Assembly: GCA_950097015.1 (NCBI GenBank)
Contig: CATNEN010000038.1
Coordinates: forward strand, 5,456,001-5,520,000
Origin: Macrostomum hystrix
Lineage: Eukaryota > Animalia > Platyhelminthes
Direction: 5' to 3'
DNA: 64,000 bases
Each line of letters starts with the position of its first letter. The stretch's first letter is position 1. Under the pieces are notes generated by a model. The model was not told the origin of the DNA, made no database searches, and worked only from the letters and a program-made list of their open reading frames with translations. Made by a program: the position numbers and the translations under genes. Positions 1 to 20,600 of the stretch are shown piece after piece.

Positions 1-41
1 TTTTGTCATTCGAAACACCAGCTGAAATGATTGTATTGCAG

Positions 42-7349
<7,308 letters not shown>

Positions 7350-7699
7350 GCCTGCACTCAAACACTTCAAGGTGCAAGACAAATACTGTAATCATTGGTG
7401 TTGGTTGAACATTGCGCTTAAATAGACATGTTTGCTGTAATTTGCGAATCCAGTTTCTAGCCTTCCATTGAAATATTCAACTGTTTAAGCAATTTCGGCC
7501 ATGTCCATATCTTTATCTCATCGCGAAAATGAAAGAGTAATACATTTTCTTTTCTGTCTATTTTTTTATTCCAACCAATGCTCTATGTGTAAAATTTTGA
7601 ATGTAAAAAGTGAAACATTTTAAGTTGAAGTTAATTTGTAAAAAGTTATTTGAAATTTTTCGGCCCTAAATAACTGAGATTTCTTCGCGCAGAAAAGCA

Positions 7700-8975
7700 C
7701 CCACCATCTCCCACCACCTCACGACACCCATCACCTCACGGCATCCACCACCTCACGACATCCACTTCGTTACGAGACCCATAACCTTACGACATCCACC
7801 ACCTCACGACATCCACTTCCTCGTGACACCCATCACCTCACGACATCCACTTCCTCGTGACACACATCACCTCACGACATCCACTTCCTCGTGACACCCA
7901 TCACCTCATGAGATCCACTACCTCGTGACACCCACCACCTCATGAGATCCACTACCTCGCGAAACCCATCACCTCATGAGATCCACTACCTCGCGACACC
8001 CACCACCTCATGAGATCCAGTACCTCGCGAAACCCATCACCTCACGGCATCCACCACCTCACGACATCCACTTCGTTACGAGACCCATAACCTTACGACA
8101 TCCACCACCTCACGACATCCACTACCTCGCGACACCCACCACCTCATGAGATCCACTACCTCGCGACACCCACCACCTCATGAGATCCACTACCTCGCGA
8201 AACCCACCACCTCATGAGATCCACTACCTCGCGACACCCATCACCTCATGAGATCCACTACCTCGCGACACCCATCACCTCATGAGATCCACTACCTCGC
8301 GAAACCCACTACCTCATGAGATCCACTACTTCGCGACACCCATCACCTCATGAGATCCACTACCTCGCGACACCCATCACCTCATGAGATCCACTACCTC
8401 GTGACACCCATCACCTCATGAGATCCACTACCTCGCGACACCCATCACCTCATGAGATCCACTACCTCGTGACACCCAACACCTCACGACATCCACTTCC
8501 TCGTGACACCCAACACCTCACGACATCCACTTCCTCGTGACACCCAACACCTCACGACATCCACTTCCTCGTGACACCCAACACCTCACGACATCCACTA
8601 CCTCGTGACACCCAACACCTCACGACATCCACTACCTCGTGACACCCAACACCTCATGAGATCCACTACCTCGCGACACCCACCACCTCATGAGATCCAC
8701 TACCTCGCGAAACCCACCACCTCATGAGATCCACTACCTCGCGACACCCATCACCTCATGAGATCCACTACCTCGCGACACCCATCACCTCATGAGATCC
8801 ACTACCTCGCGACACCCACCACCTCATGAGATCCACTACCTCGCGACACCCACCACCTCATGAGATCCACTACCTCGCGAAACCCACCACCTCATGAGAT
8901 CCACTACCTCGCGACACCCATCACCTCATGAGATCCACTACCTCGTGACACCCAACACCTCACGACAACCACCTC
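7700..8975. repeat. Minisatellite, 34-bp unit built from two diverged 17-bp subunits
   Basis: Unit CACCTCATGAGATCCAC+TACCTCGCGACACCCAC; TCGCGA recurs at 8161 and 8195. Confidence 0.93.
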
Positions 8976-9841
8976 CTCGCAGCACCCACTCCCTTACAAT
9001 CTACGAAAGTCTCTTAAAATGGAAGATCACTTTTCATATATGTCAGCGCCAGCCTCGCCTGCATCCAGCATGCCAGCACACTCATATACCACAATTTCAT
9101 TCATTCACGCTCGTACGCAGTATTCCAGAGCATTTTATTTATTTATTTGAGCTACTTAGCAATTTATTTTGGTGCAATTATCGAAGCAAAACCCTTTTTG
9201 GCCAGGCTATTTAGCTTCGTCGAAAATATTTAGCTTCAAACTGTAAATAAACAGGCCTCATCTGCCTATGTTCTCCTATGTTCTCCGAGTCTATTTTCGC
9301 AACAAATTGTTCCTATAGGGTCAAACAACTTTTCGTCTCAAGTCTCTAATTAACCAAAAAATTATTTTAAAAATGTAAATAAATGGCTGCAAAGCTTGAA
9401 CTATGTGAACTGAACAACTGAACATAACATAATGCATATGACGATTTTTTATGGACAAGAATATGTTACAATAAACTTTTTCTGCTGTCAATGAAACGAC
9501 TGAGAGACACAATAGGGACAGGGTTTTAAGCGGCAAGAGCAAGTACAAGAAAACGCTGCGACCAATCACAACGACAGCTCTTAAAAAAATTAACTTTTTG
9601 AGGGTTGGGGAATGCCAGACAAGGCCACGGAGTCAATGGAGACAAGGATAAGGCCGCCGAGCTAGTCGAAGAGCGATAGGTTGCGAAAGGGAAATGCACA
9701 TGCCGGTTGGTTGAATCAGTTAGAAGGTACAGGACCTGTAAGTTATCAATCACCGCTTAGTCCTTATTTAAAAAAGGCTGCAACGGGAAGCATGCTTTTA
9801 CAATCGATAGCTATTTTCCTAACGAACAACATTTGGTCTGT

Positions 9842-10909
9842 TCAACGCAACCTGGATTCCAAACCCCTTCCATTTTGCGCCTGCAGCCTTCGACCTCGAC
9901 GTCCGATCGCTGTAGCTTCAGCATCCGCGGCTTCGCGAGCTGCCGCAGCGACAGCGGCCACCTCAGCAGCTGCAGCCGCACCGGCTGTCACGCCGCGTCT
10001 GTAGGTGGGGAAGTGCTGCTCGCTCCAGAGGTCGAGAGCCGAGTGCAGCAGCTGCTGCGATGTCCGACAGCCGCCGCCGCCGATAGCTTTAATTAGCATT
10101 TCGGCGTAAGTCTCGCCACGGTTCAGCGTCAAAATCGGCGGTAAAATTGTAGATTTTAACTGCGGTTGAGGCCGCTGCTGTTGTTTGTGCTGTTGTTGCT
10201 CGTTTCGTGGCCGACGCGCTGCCGCTTGCTGCTGCTGTTTCTGCTTTTGAGCCCTTCTTCGTTCTGCTCGTTCAACTTCGGCTTCGTCAAGACGCTGACG
10301 TTCGCGCAATATTCCAGCGATTTCGTCTAACCTGAGACGGCGAGCCAGCATATACGGCGTGAGTCCTTGACTGTTGAGGTGCTCAACTGAGGCTCGCTGG
10401 CGAAGCATTGTGCGAAGCAGCACTGCCACTGTCCGTGTACAGCCCGATGTCACAGCCAGGTGGAGGCATGTTTGGCCTTGCGCGTCTCGGCGGCGCCAGT
10501 CTGGCTGGGCTGTTGACATTGTCGACATCGTTGACAACTGCAAAATCTTCTCGAGCTCCTCTGGCCGGCCGAGAGCGGCCGCCCAGCCGATGAGGTCGCG
10601 ATCGAGCACACCGTCTCTACCGGCGACTCCAGCGCCACTTCCAATCAGCACCTCGAAAGTCCGAGCTCTGGCCACTGGATCGCCAGCCAGCAGAGCCGCC
10701 ATCAGAGGCGTCTTACCGTCGTCCGGATGCAGCAGGTTACGCGGCGATCCTGTGATTCGCAGCAGATAGCCGACGTCAGTATGGTGACCCTGCGCGGCGG
10801 CCTGGAACAGTTCGCGAACCCCGGACGCAGCCGGATGTTGCGGATAATGAAATGGCGCGATTGACAGGCCCTGTCGCTTCTTTTGAGGCAGCGATGTGGC
10901 CAACTTCAT
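9842..10909 (-). CDS. Ankyrin-repeat protein (about 4-5 N-terminal repeats, loosely ANKRD34/63-like) with charged/Gln-rich C-terminal part
   Basis: 355-aa ORF with GCC-ATG start; ankyrin motifs DGKTPLMAA, DAQGQTCLHLAVTSG, NSQGLTPYMLA. Confidence 0.82.
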   Translation of the reverse strand: MKLATSLPQKKRQGLSIAPFHYPQHPAASGVRELFQAAAQGHHTDVGYLLRITGSPRNLLHPDDGKTPLMAALLAGDPVARARTFEVLIGSGAGVAGRDGVLDRDLIGWAAALGRPEELEKILQLSTMSTMSTAQPDWRRRDAQGQTCLHLAVTSGCTRTVAVLLRTMLRQRASVEHLNSQGLTPYMLARRLRLDEIAGILRERQRLDEAEVERAERRRAQKQKQQQQAAARRPRNEQQQHKQQQRPQPQLKSTILPPILTLNRGETYAEMLIKAIGGGGCRTSQQLLHSALDLWSEQHFPTYRRGVTAGAAAAAEVAAVAAAAREAADAEATAIGRRGRRLQAQNGRGLESRLR

Positions 10910-11227
10910 GGCGTAGCTTCGGCTGATACAGTTGAGAAAGAGAGAACGCGACTTTTAATAACTAATTTTTGTCGGTGCAATTTTTTTTAATTGATTGATG
11001 ACTGATTAAAACTTTGTGTGACTCTTTCACAGTTGGAATATTTGTGCGGATGTATAAGTAACTTTTGGGAAAACCTGTCTAGTTGGAAAAAATGTTTTCA
11101 CACTTAACTCAACGGGCGAATGAAACTGTGGGAGCTCAGAGATATAGGAGCTCACAAATATGTCAAATGTGTCTCAGCGCCGTCTGTTATTGAGTCTGTC
11201 GCAACTGGACTCGCGTAAATCAGGCTG

Positions 11228-11240
11228 GTTGCTAGGCAGC
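11228..11240. promoter_or_regulatory. Candidate RFX X-box upstream of ankyrin gene
   Basis: GTTGCTAGGCAGC, one mismatch from GTTGCTAGGCAAC, about 320 bp upstream of the ATG. Confidence 0.35.
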
Positions 11241-11642
11241 TCGCAGGCTGAATTAAAATTCCGCGTCCTTAGCGAGCCACCGCTGCATCATTTTGTAGAG
11301 CTGCTGCTGCAATGAAGCGCCTACAAAAGCTTTCATTGTCCTCCCGAGAAGTGCTTCCTCTGAGCGTGGGGGGAGGCTTTGGGGACATCTTACTCTTGTG
11401 TTCCCTGCGTACACCGGGATAAGGCATGAAAATGAATCCCTAAGCTAATGCAGCAGGCTGGAACAACAATGATGTACATCTGTACCTGTTTTGGCCTGAA
11501 AACTGGCCACTTGATAAACGCGGGGCTGTGCGTTAATTCCAAGTATCTTTTTTCCTCCCACACGTTCCCACCACAGAGAAATAAAGTAAAATGTGTTTAA
11601 AGGAACTTCAGACACAGTAAGGTCGCAATTTTCGCAATCTGA

Positions 11643-14600
11643 AGCTGTAGCTTCAGACCAATAGCCACAACTGAAACAGATGTAGCTTCAGACCAATAGC
11701 CACAACTGAAACAGCTGTAGCTTCAGACCAATAGCCACGACTTCAACAGCTGTAGCTTCAGACCAATAGCCACAACTGAAACAGATGTAGCTTCAGACCA
11801 ATAGCCACAACTGAAACAGCTGTAGCTTCAGACCAATAGCCACAACTGAAACAGCTGTAGCTTCAGACCAATAGCCACAACTGAAACAGCTGTAGCTTCA
11901 GAGCAATAGCCACAACTGAAACAGATGTAGCTTCAGAGCAATAGCCACAACTGAAACAGATGTAGCTTCAGACCAATAGCCACAACTGAAACAGATGTAG
12001 CTTCAGACCAATAGCCACAACTGAAACAGCTGTAGCTTCAGACCAATAGCCACAACTGAAACAGCTGTAGCTTCAGACCAAAGCCACAACTGAAACAGCT
12101 GTAGCTTCAGACCAATAGCCACAACTGAAACAGCTGTAGCTTCAGACCAATAGCCACAACTGAAACAGATGTAGCTTCAGACCAATAGCCACAACTGAAA
12201 CAGCTGTAGCTTCAGACCAATAGCCACAACTGAAACAGATGTAGCTTCAGACCAAAGCCACAACTGAAACAGCTGTAGCTTCAGACCAATAGCCACAACT
12301 GAAACAGCTGTAGCTTCAGACCAAAGCCACAACTGAAACAGCTGTAGCTTCAGACCAATAGCCACAACTGAAACAGATGTAGCTTCAGACCAATAGCCAC
12401 AACTGAAACAGATGTAGCTTCAGACCAATAGCCACAACTGAAACAGATGTAGCTTCAGACCAAAGCGACAACTGAAACAGATGTAGCTTCAGACCAATAG
12501 CCACAACTGAAACAGATGTAGCTTCAGACCAATAGCCACAACTGAAACAGCTGTAGCTTCAGACCAATAGCCACAACTGAAACAGCTGTAGCTTCAGACC
12601 AATAGCCACAACTGAAACAGCTGTAGCTTCAGACCAATAGCCACAACTGAAACAGCTGTAGCTTCAGACCAATAGCCACAACTGAAACAGCTGTAGCTTC
12701 AGACCAATAGCCACAACTGAAACAGATGTAGCTTCAGACCAAAGCCACAACTGAAACAGCTGTAGCTTCAGACCAAAGCCACAACTGAAACAGATGTAGC
12801 TTCAGACCAATAGCCACAACTGAAACAGATGTAGCTTCAGACCAATAGCCACAACTGAAACAGATGTAGCTTCAGACCAATAGCCACAACTGAAACAGAT
12901 GTAGCTTCAGACCAATAGCCACAACTGAAACAGCTGTAGCTTCAGACCAATAGCCACAACTGAAACAGCTGTAGCTTCAGACCAATAGCCACAACTGAAA
13001 CAGCTGTAGCTTCAGACCAATAGCCACAACTGAAACAGATGTAGCTTCAAACCAATAGCCACAACTGAAACAGATGTAGCTTCAGACCAAAGCCACAACT
13101 GAAACAGATGTAGCTTCAGACCAATAGCCACAACTGAAACAGATGTAGCTTCAGACCAATAGCCACAACTGAAACAGCTGTAGCTTCAGACCAATAGCCA
13201 CAACTGAAACAGATGTAGCTTCAGACCAATAGCCACAACTGAAACAGATGTAGCTTCAGACCAATAGCCACAACTGAAACAGATGTAGCTTCAGACCAAT
13301 AGCCACAACTGAAACAGCTGTAGCTTCAGACCAATAGCCACAACTGAAACAGCTGTAGCTTCAGACCAATAGCCACAACTGAAACAGCTGTAGCTTCAGA
13401 CCAATAGCCACAACTGAAACAGATGTAGCTTCAGACCAATAGCCACAACTGAAACAGATGTAGCTTCAGACCAATAGCCACAACTGAAACAGATGTAGCT
13501 TCAGACCAATAGCCACAACTGAAACAGCTGTAGCTTCAGACCAATAGCCACAACTGAAACAGATGTAGCTTCAGACCAATAGCCACAACTGAAACAGATG
13601 TAGCTTCAGACCAATAGCCACAACTGAAACAGATGTAGCTTCAGACCAATAGCCACAACTGAAACAGCTGTAGCTTCAGACCAATAGCCACAACTGAAAC
13701 AGCTGTAGCTTCAGACCAATAGCCACAACTGAAACAGCTGTAGCTTCAGACCAATAGCCACAACTGAAACAGATGTAGCTTCAGACCAATAGCCACAACT
13801 GAAACAGATGTAGCTTCAGACCAATAGCCACAACTGAAACAGATGTAGCTTCAGACCAATAGCCACAACTGAAACAGCTGTAGCTTCAGACCAATAGCCA
13901 CAACTGAAACAGCTGTAGCTTCAGACCAATAGCCACAACTGAAACAGCTGTAGCTTCAGACCAATAGCCACAACTGAAACAGCTGTAGCTTCAGACCAAT
14001 AGCCACAACTGAAGCAGCTGTAGCTTCAGAGCAATAGCCACAACTGAAACAGCTGTAGCTTCAGACCAATAGCCACAACTGAAACAGCTGTAGCTTCAGA
14101 CCAATAGCCACAACTGAAACAGCTGTAGCTTCAGACCAATAGCCACAACTGAAACAGCTGTAGCTTCAGACCAATAGCCACAACTGAAACAGATGTAGCT
14201 TCAGACCAATAGCCACAACTGAAACAGCTGTAGCTTCAGACCAATAGCCACAACTGAAACAGATGTAGCTTCAGACCAATAGCCACAACTGAAACAGATG
14301 TAGCTTCAGACCAATAGCCACAACTGAAACAGCTGTAGCTTCAGACCAATAGCCACAACTGAAACAGCTGTAGCTTCAGACCAATAGCCACAACTGAAAC
14401 AGATGTAGCTTCAGACCAATAGCCACAACTGAAACAGATGTAGCTTCAGACCAATAGCCACAACTGAAACAGCTGTAGCTTCAGACCAATAGCCACAACT
14501 GAAACAGCTGTAGCTTCAGACCAATAGCCACAACTGAAACAGATGTAGCTTCAGACCAATAGCCACAACTGAAACAGCTGTAGCTTCAGACCAATAGCCA

Positions 14601-17600
14601 CAACTGAAACAGATGTAGCTTCAGACCAATAGCCACAACTGAAACAGCTGTAGCTTCAGACCAATAGCCACAACTGAAACAGATGTAGCTTCAGACCAAT
14701 AGCCACAACTGAAACAGATGTAGCTTCAGACCAATAGCCACAACTGAAACAGCTGTAGCTTCAGACCAATAGCCACAACTGAAACAGATGTAGCTTCAGA
14801 CCAATAGCCACAACTGAAACAGATGTAGCTTCAGACCAATAGCCACAACTGAAACAGCTGTAGCTTCAGACCAAAGCCACAACTGAAACAGCTGTAGCTT
14901 CAGACCAAAGCCACAACTGAAACAGCTGTAGCTTCAGACCAAAGCCACAACTGAAACAGCTGTAGCTTCAGACCAATAGCCACAACTGAAACAGCTGTAG
15001 CTTCAGACCAAAGCCACAACTGAAACAGATGTAGCTTCAGAGCAATAGCCACAACTGAAACAGCTGTAGCTTCAGACCAAAGCCACAACTGAAACAGCTG
15101 TAGCTTCAGACCAATAGCCACAACTGAAACAGCTGTAGCTTCAGACCAAAGCCACAACTGAAACAGCTGTAGCTTCAGACCAATAGCCACAACTGAAACA
15201 GATGTAGCTTCAGACCAAAGCCACAACTGAAACAGCTGTAGCTTCAGACCAATAGCCACAACTGAAACAGCTGTAGCTTCAGACCAATAGCCACAACTGA
15301 AACAGCTGTAGCTTCAGACCAATAGCCACAACTGAAACAGCTGTAGCTTCAGAGCAATAGCCACAACTGAAACAGATGTAGCTTCAGACCAATAGCCACA
15401 ACTGAAACAGATGTAGCTTCAGACCAATAGCCACAACTGAAACAGATGTAGCTTCAGACCAATAGCCACAACTGAAACAGATGTAGCTTCAGACCAAAGC
15501 CACAACTGAAACAGCTGTAGCTTCAGACCAATAGCCACAACTGAAACAGCTGTAGCTTCAGACCAATAGCCACAACTGAAACAGATGTAGCTTCAGACCA
15601 ATAGCCACAACTGAAACAGATGTAGCTTCAGACCAAAGCCACAACTGAAACAGCTGTAGCTTCAGACCAATAGCCACAACTGAAACAGCTGTAGCTTCAG
15701 ACCAATAGCCACAACTGAAACAGCTGTAGCTTCAGACCAATAGCCACAACTGAAACAGATGTAGCTTCAGACCAAAGCCACAACTGAAACAGATGTAGCT
15801 TCAGACCAAAGCCACAACTGAAACAGATGTAGCTTCAGACCAAAGCCACAACTGAAACAGATGTAGCTTCAGACCAATAGCCACAACTGAAACAGCTGTA
15901 GCTTCAGACCAATAGCCACAACTGAAACAGATGTAGCTTCAGACCAATAGCCACAACTGAAACAGCTGTAGCTTCAGACCAATAGCCACAACTGAAACAG
16001 CTGTAGCTTCAGACCAATAGCCACAACTGAAACAGCTGTAGCTTCAGACCAAAGCCACAACTGAAACAGATGTAGCTTCAGACCAATAGCCACAACTGAA
16101 ACAGATGTAGCTTCAGACCAATAGCCACAACTGAAACAGCTGTAGCTTCAGACCAATAGCCACAACTGAAACAGATGTAGCTTCAGACCAAAGCCACAAC
16201 TGAAACAGATGTAGCTTCAGACCAATAGCCACAACTGAAACAGCTGTAGCTTCAGACCAATAGCCACAACTGAAACAGCTGTAGCTTCAGACCAATAGCC
16301 ACAACTGAAAAAGCTGTAGCTTCAGACCAATAGCCACAACTGAAACAGCTGTAGCTTCAGACCAATAGCCACAACTGAAACAGATGTAGCTTCAGACCAA
16401 TAGCCACAACTGAAACAGATGTAGCTTCAGACCAATAGCCACAACTGAAACAGCTGTAGCTTCAGACCAATAGCCACAACTGAAACAGATGTAGCTTCAG
16501 ACCAATAGCCACAACTGAAACAGCTGTAGCTTCAGACCAATAGCCACAACTGAAACAGCTGTAGCTTCAGACCAATAGCCACAACTGAAACAGATGTAGC
16601 TTCAGACCAATAGCCACAACTGAAACAGCTGTAGCTTCAGACCAATAGCCACAACTGAAACAGATGTAGCTTCAGACCAATAGCCACAACTGAAACAGCT
16701 GTAGCTTCAGACCAATAGCCACAACTGAAACAGCTGTAGCTTCAGACCAATAGCCACAACTGAAACAGATGTAGCTTCAGACCAATAGCCACAACTGAAA
16801 CAGATGTAGCTTCAGACCAATAGCCACAACTGAAACAGCTGTAGCTTCAGACCAATAGCCACAACTGAAACAGCTGTAGCTTCAGACCAATAGCCACAAC
16901 TGAAACAGCTGTAGCTTCAGACCAAAGCCACAACTGAAACAGATGTAGCTTCAGACCAATAGCCACAACTGAAACAGCTGTAGCTTCAGACCAATAGCCA
17001 CAACTGAAACAGCTGTAGCTTCAGACCAATAGCCACAACTGAAACAGATGTAGCTTCAGACCAATAGCCACAACTGAAACAGATGTAGCTTCAGACCAAT
17101 AGCCACAACTGAAACAGCTGTAGCTTCAGACCAATAGCCACAACTGAAACAGATGTAGCTTCAGACCAATAGCCACAACTGAAACAGCTGTAGCTTCAGA
17201 CCAATAGCCACAACTGAAACAGCTGTAGCTTCAGACCAATAGCCACAACTGAAACAGCTGTAGCTTCAGACCAATAGCCACAACTGAAACAGCTGTAGCT
17301 TCAGACCAATAGCCACAACTGAAACAGCTGTAGCTTCAGACCAATAGCCACAACTGAAACAGCTGTAGCTTCAGACCAATAGCCACAACTGAAACAGCTG
17401 TAGCTTCAGACCAATAGCCACAACTGAAACAGCTGTAGCTTCAGACCAATAGCCACAACTGAAACAGATGTAGCTTCAGACCAATAGCCACAACTGAAAC
17501 AGCTGTAGCTTCAGACCAATAGCCACAACTGAAACAGCTGTAGCTTCAGACCAATAGCCACAACTGAAACAGCTGTAGCTTCAGACCAATAGCCACAACT

Positions 17601-20600
17601 GAAACAGCTGTAGCTTCAGACCAATAGCCACAACTGAAACAGCTGTAGCTTCAGACCAATAGCCACAACTGAAACAGCTGTAGCTTCAGACCAATAGCCA
17701 CAACTGAAACAGATGTAGCTTCAGACCAATAGCCACAACTGAAACAGCTGTAGCTTCAGACCAATAGCCACAACTGAAACAGCTGTAGCTTCAGACCAAT
17801 AGCCACAACTGAAACAGCTGTAGCTTCAGACCAATAGCCACAACTGAAACAGCTGTAGCTTCAGACCAATAGCCACAACTGAAACAGCTGTAGCTTCAGA
17901 CCAATAGCCACAACTGAAACAGCTGTAGCTTCAGACCAATAGCCACAACTGAAACAGATGTAGCTTCAGACCAATAGCCACAACTGAAACAGATGTAGCT
18001 TCAGACCAATAGCCACAACTGAAACAGCTGTAGCTTCAGACCAATAGCCACAACTGAAACAGATGTAGCTTCAGACCAATAGCCACAACTGAAACAGCTG
18101 TAGCTTCAGACCAATAGCCACAACTGAAACAGCTGTAGCTTCAGACCAATAGCCACAACTGAAACAGCTGTAGCTTCAGACCAAAGCCACAACTGAAACA
18201 GATGTAGCTTCAGACCAATAGCCACAACTGAAACAGCTGTAGCTTCAGACCAATAGCCACAACTGAAACAGATGTAGCTTCAGACCAATAGCCACAACTG
18301 AAACAGCTGTAGCTTCAGACCAATAGCCACAACTGAAACAGATGTAGCTTCAGACCAATAGCCACAACTGAAACAGCTGTAGCTTCAGACCAATAGCCAC
18401 AACTGAAACAGCTGTAGCTTCAGACCAATAGCCACAACTGAAACAGATGTAGCTTCAGACCAATAGCCACAACTGAAACAGCTGTAGCTTCAGACCAATA
18501 GCCACAACTGAAACAGATGTAGCTTCAGACCAATAGCCACAACTGAAACAGCTGTAGCTTCAGACCAATAGCCACAACTGAAACAGCTGTAGCTTCAGAC
18601 CAATAGCCACAACTGAAACAGATGTAGCTTCAGACCAAAGCCACAACTGAAACAGCTGTAGCTTCAGACCAATAGCCACAACTGAAACAGCTGTAGCTTC
18701 AGACCAATAGCCACAACTGAAACAGCTGTAGCTTCAGACCAATAGCCACAACTGAAACAGCTGTAGCTTCAGACCAAAGCCACAACTGAAACAGATGTAG
18801 CTTCAGACCAATAGCCACAACTGAAACAGCTGTAGCTTCAGACCAATAGCCACAACTGAAACAGCTGTAGCTTCAGACCAATAGCCACAACTGAAACAGA
18901 TGTAGCTTCAGACCAATAGCCACAACTGAAACAGATGTAGCTTCAGACCAATAGCCACAACTGAAACAGCTGTAGCTTCAGACCAATAGCCACAACTGAA
19001 ACAGATGTAGCTTCAGACCAATAGCCACAACTGAAACAGCTGTAGCTTCAGACCAATAGCCACAACTGAAACAGCTGTAGCTTCAGACCAATAGCCACAA
19101 CTGAAACAGCTGTAGCTTCAGACCAATAGCCACAACTGAAACAGCTGTAGCTTCAGACCAATAGCCACAACTGAAACAGCTGTAGCTTCAGACCAATAGC
19201 CACAACTGAAACAGCTGTAGCTTCAGACCAATAGCCACAACTGAAACAGCTGTAGCTTCAGACCAATAGCCACAACTGAAACAGCTGTAGCTTCAGACCA
19301 ATAGCCACAACTGAAACAGCTGTAGCTTCAGACCAATAGCCACAACTGAAACAGATGTAGCTTCAGACCAATAGCCACAACTGAAACAGCTGTAGCTTCA
19401 GACCAATAGCCACAACTGAAACAGCTGTAGCTTCAGACCAATAGCCACAACTGAAACAGATGTAGCTTCAGACCAATAGCCACAACTGAAACAGCTGTAG
19501 CTTCAGACCAATAGCCACAACTGAAACAGATGTAGCTTCAGACCAATAGCCACAACTGAAACAGCTGTAGCTTCAGACCAATAGCCACAACTGAAACAGA
19601 TGTAGCTTCAGACCAATAGCCACAACTGAAACAGCTGTAGCTTCAGACCAATAGCCACAACTGAAACAGCTGTAGCTTCAGACCAATAGCCACAACTGAA
19701 ACAGCTGTAGCTTCAGACCAATAGCCACAACTGAAACAGATGTAGCTTCAGACCAATAGCCACAACTGAAACAGCTGTAGCTTCAGACCAATAGCCACAA
19801 CTGAAACAGATGTAGCTTCAGACCAATAGCCACAACTGAAACAGCTGTAGCTTCAGACCAATAGCCACAACTGAAACAGCTGTAGCTTCAGACCAATAGC
19901 CACAACTGAAACAGCTGTAGCTTCAGACCAAAGCCACAACTGAAACAGATGTAGCTTCAGACCAATAGCCACAACTGAAACAGCTGTAGCTTCAGACCAA
20001 TAGCCACAACTGAAACAGCTGTAGCTTCAGACCAATAGCCACAACTGAAACAGCTGTAGCTTCAGACCAATAGCCACAACTGAAACAGCTGTAGCTTCAG
20101 ACCAATAGCCACAACTGAAACAGCTGTAGCTTCAGACCAATAGCCACAACTGAAACAGCTGTAGCTTCAGACCAATAGCCACAACTGAAACAGCTGTAGC
20201 TTCAGACCAATAGCCACAACTGAAACAGCTGTAGCTTCAGACCAATAGCCACAACTGAAACAGCTGTAGCTTCAGACCAATAGCCACAACTGAAACAGCT
20301 GTAGCTTCAGACCAATAGCCACAACTGAAACAGATGTAGCTTCAGACCAATAGCCACAACTGAAACAGATGTAGCTTCAGACCAATAGCCACAACTGAAA
20401 CAGCTGTAGCTTCAGACCAATAGCCACAACTGAAACAGCTGTAGCTTCAGACCAATAGCCACAACTGAAACAGCTGTAGCTTCAGACCAATAGCCACAAC
20501 TGAAACAGATGTAGCTTCAGACCAATAGCCACAACTGAAACAGATGTAGCTTCAGACCAATAGCCACAACTGAAACAGATGTAGCTTCAGACCAATAGCC

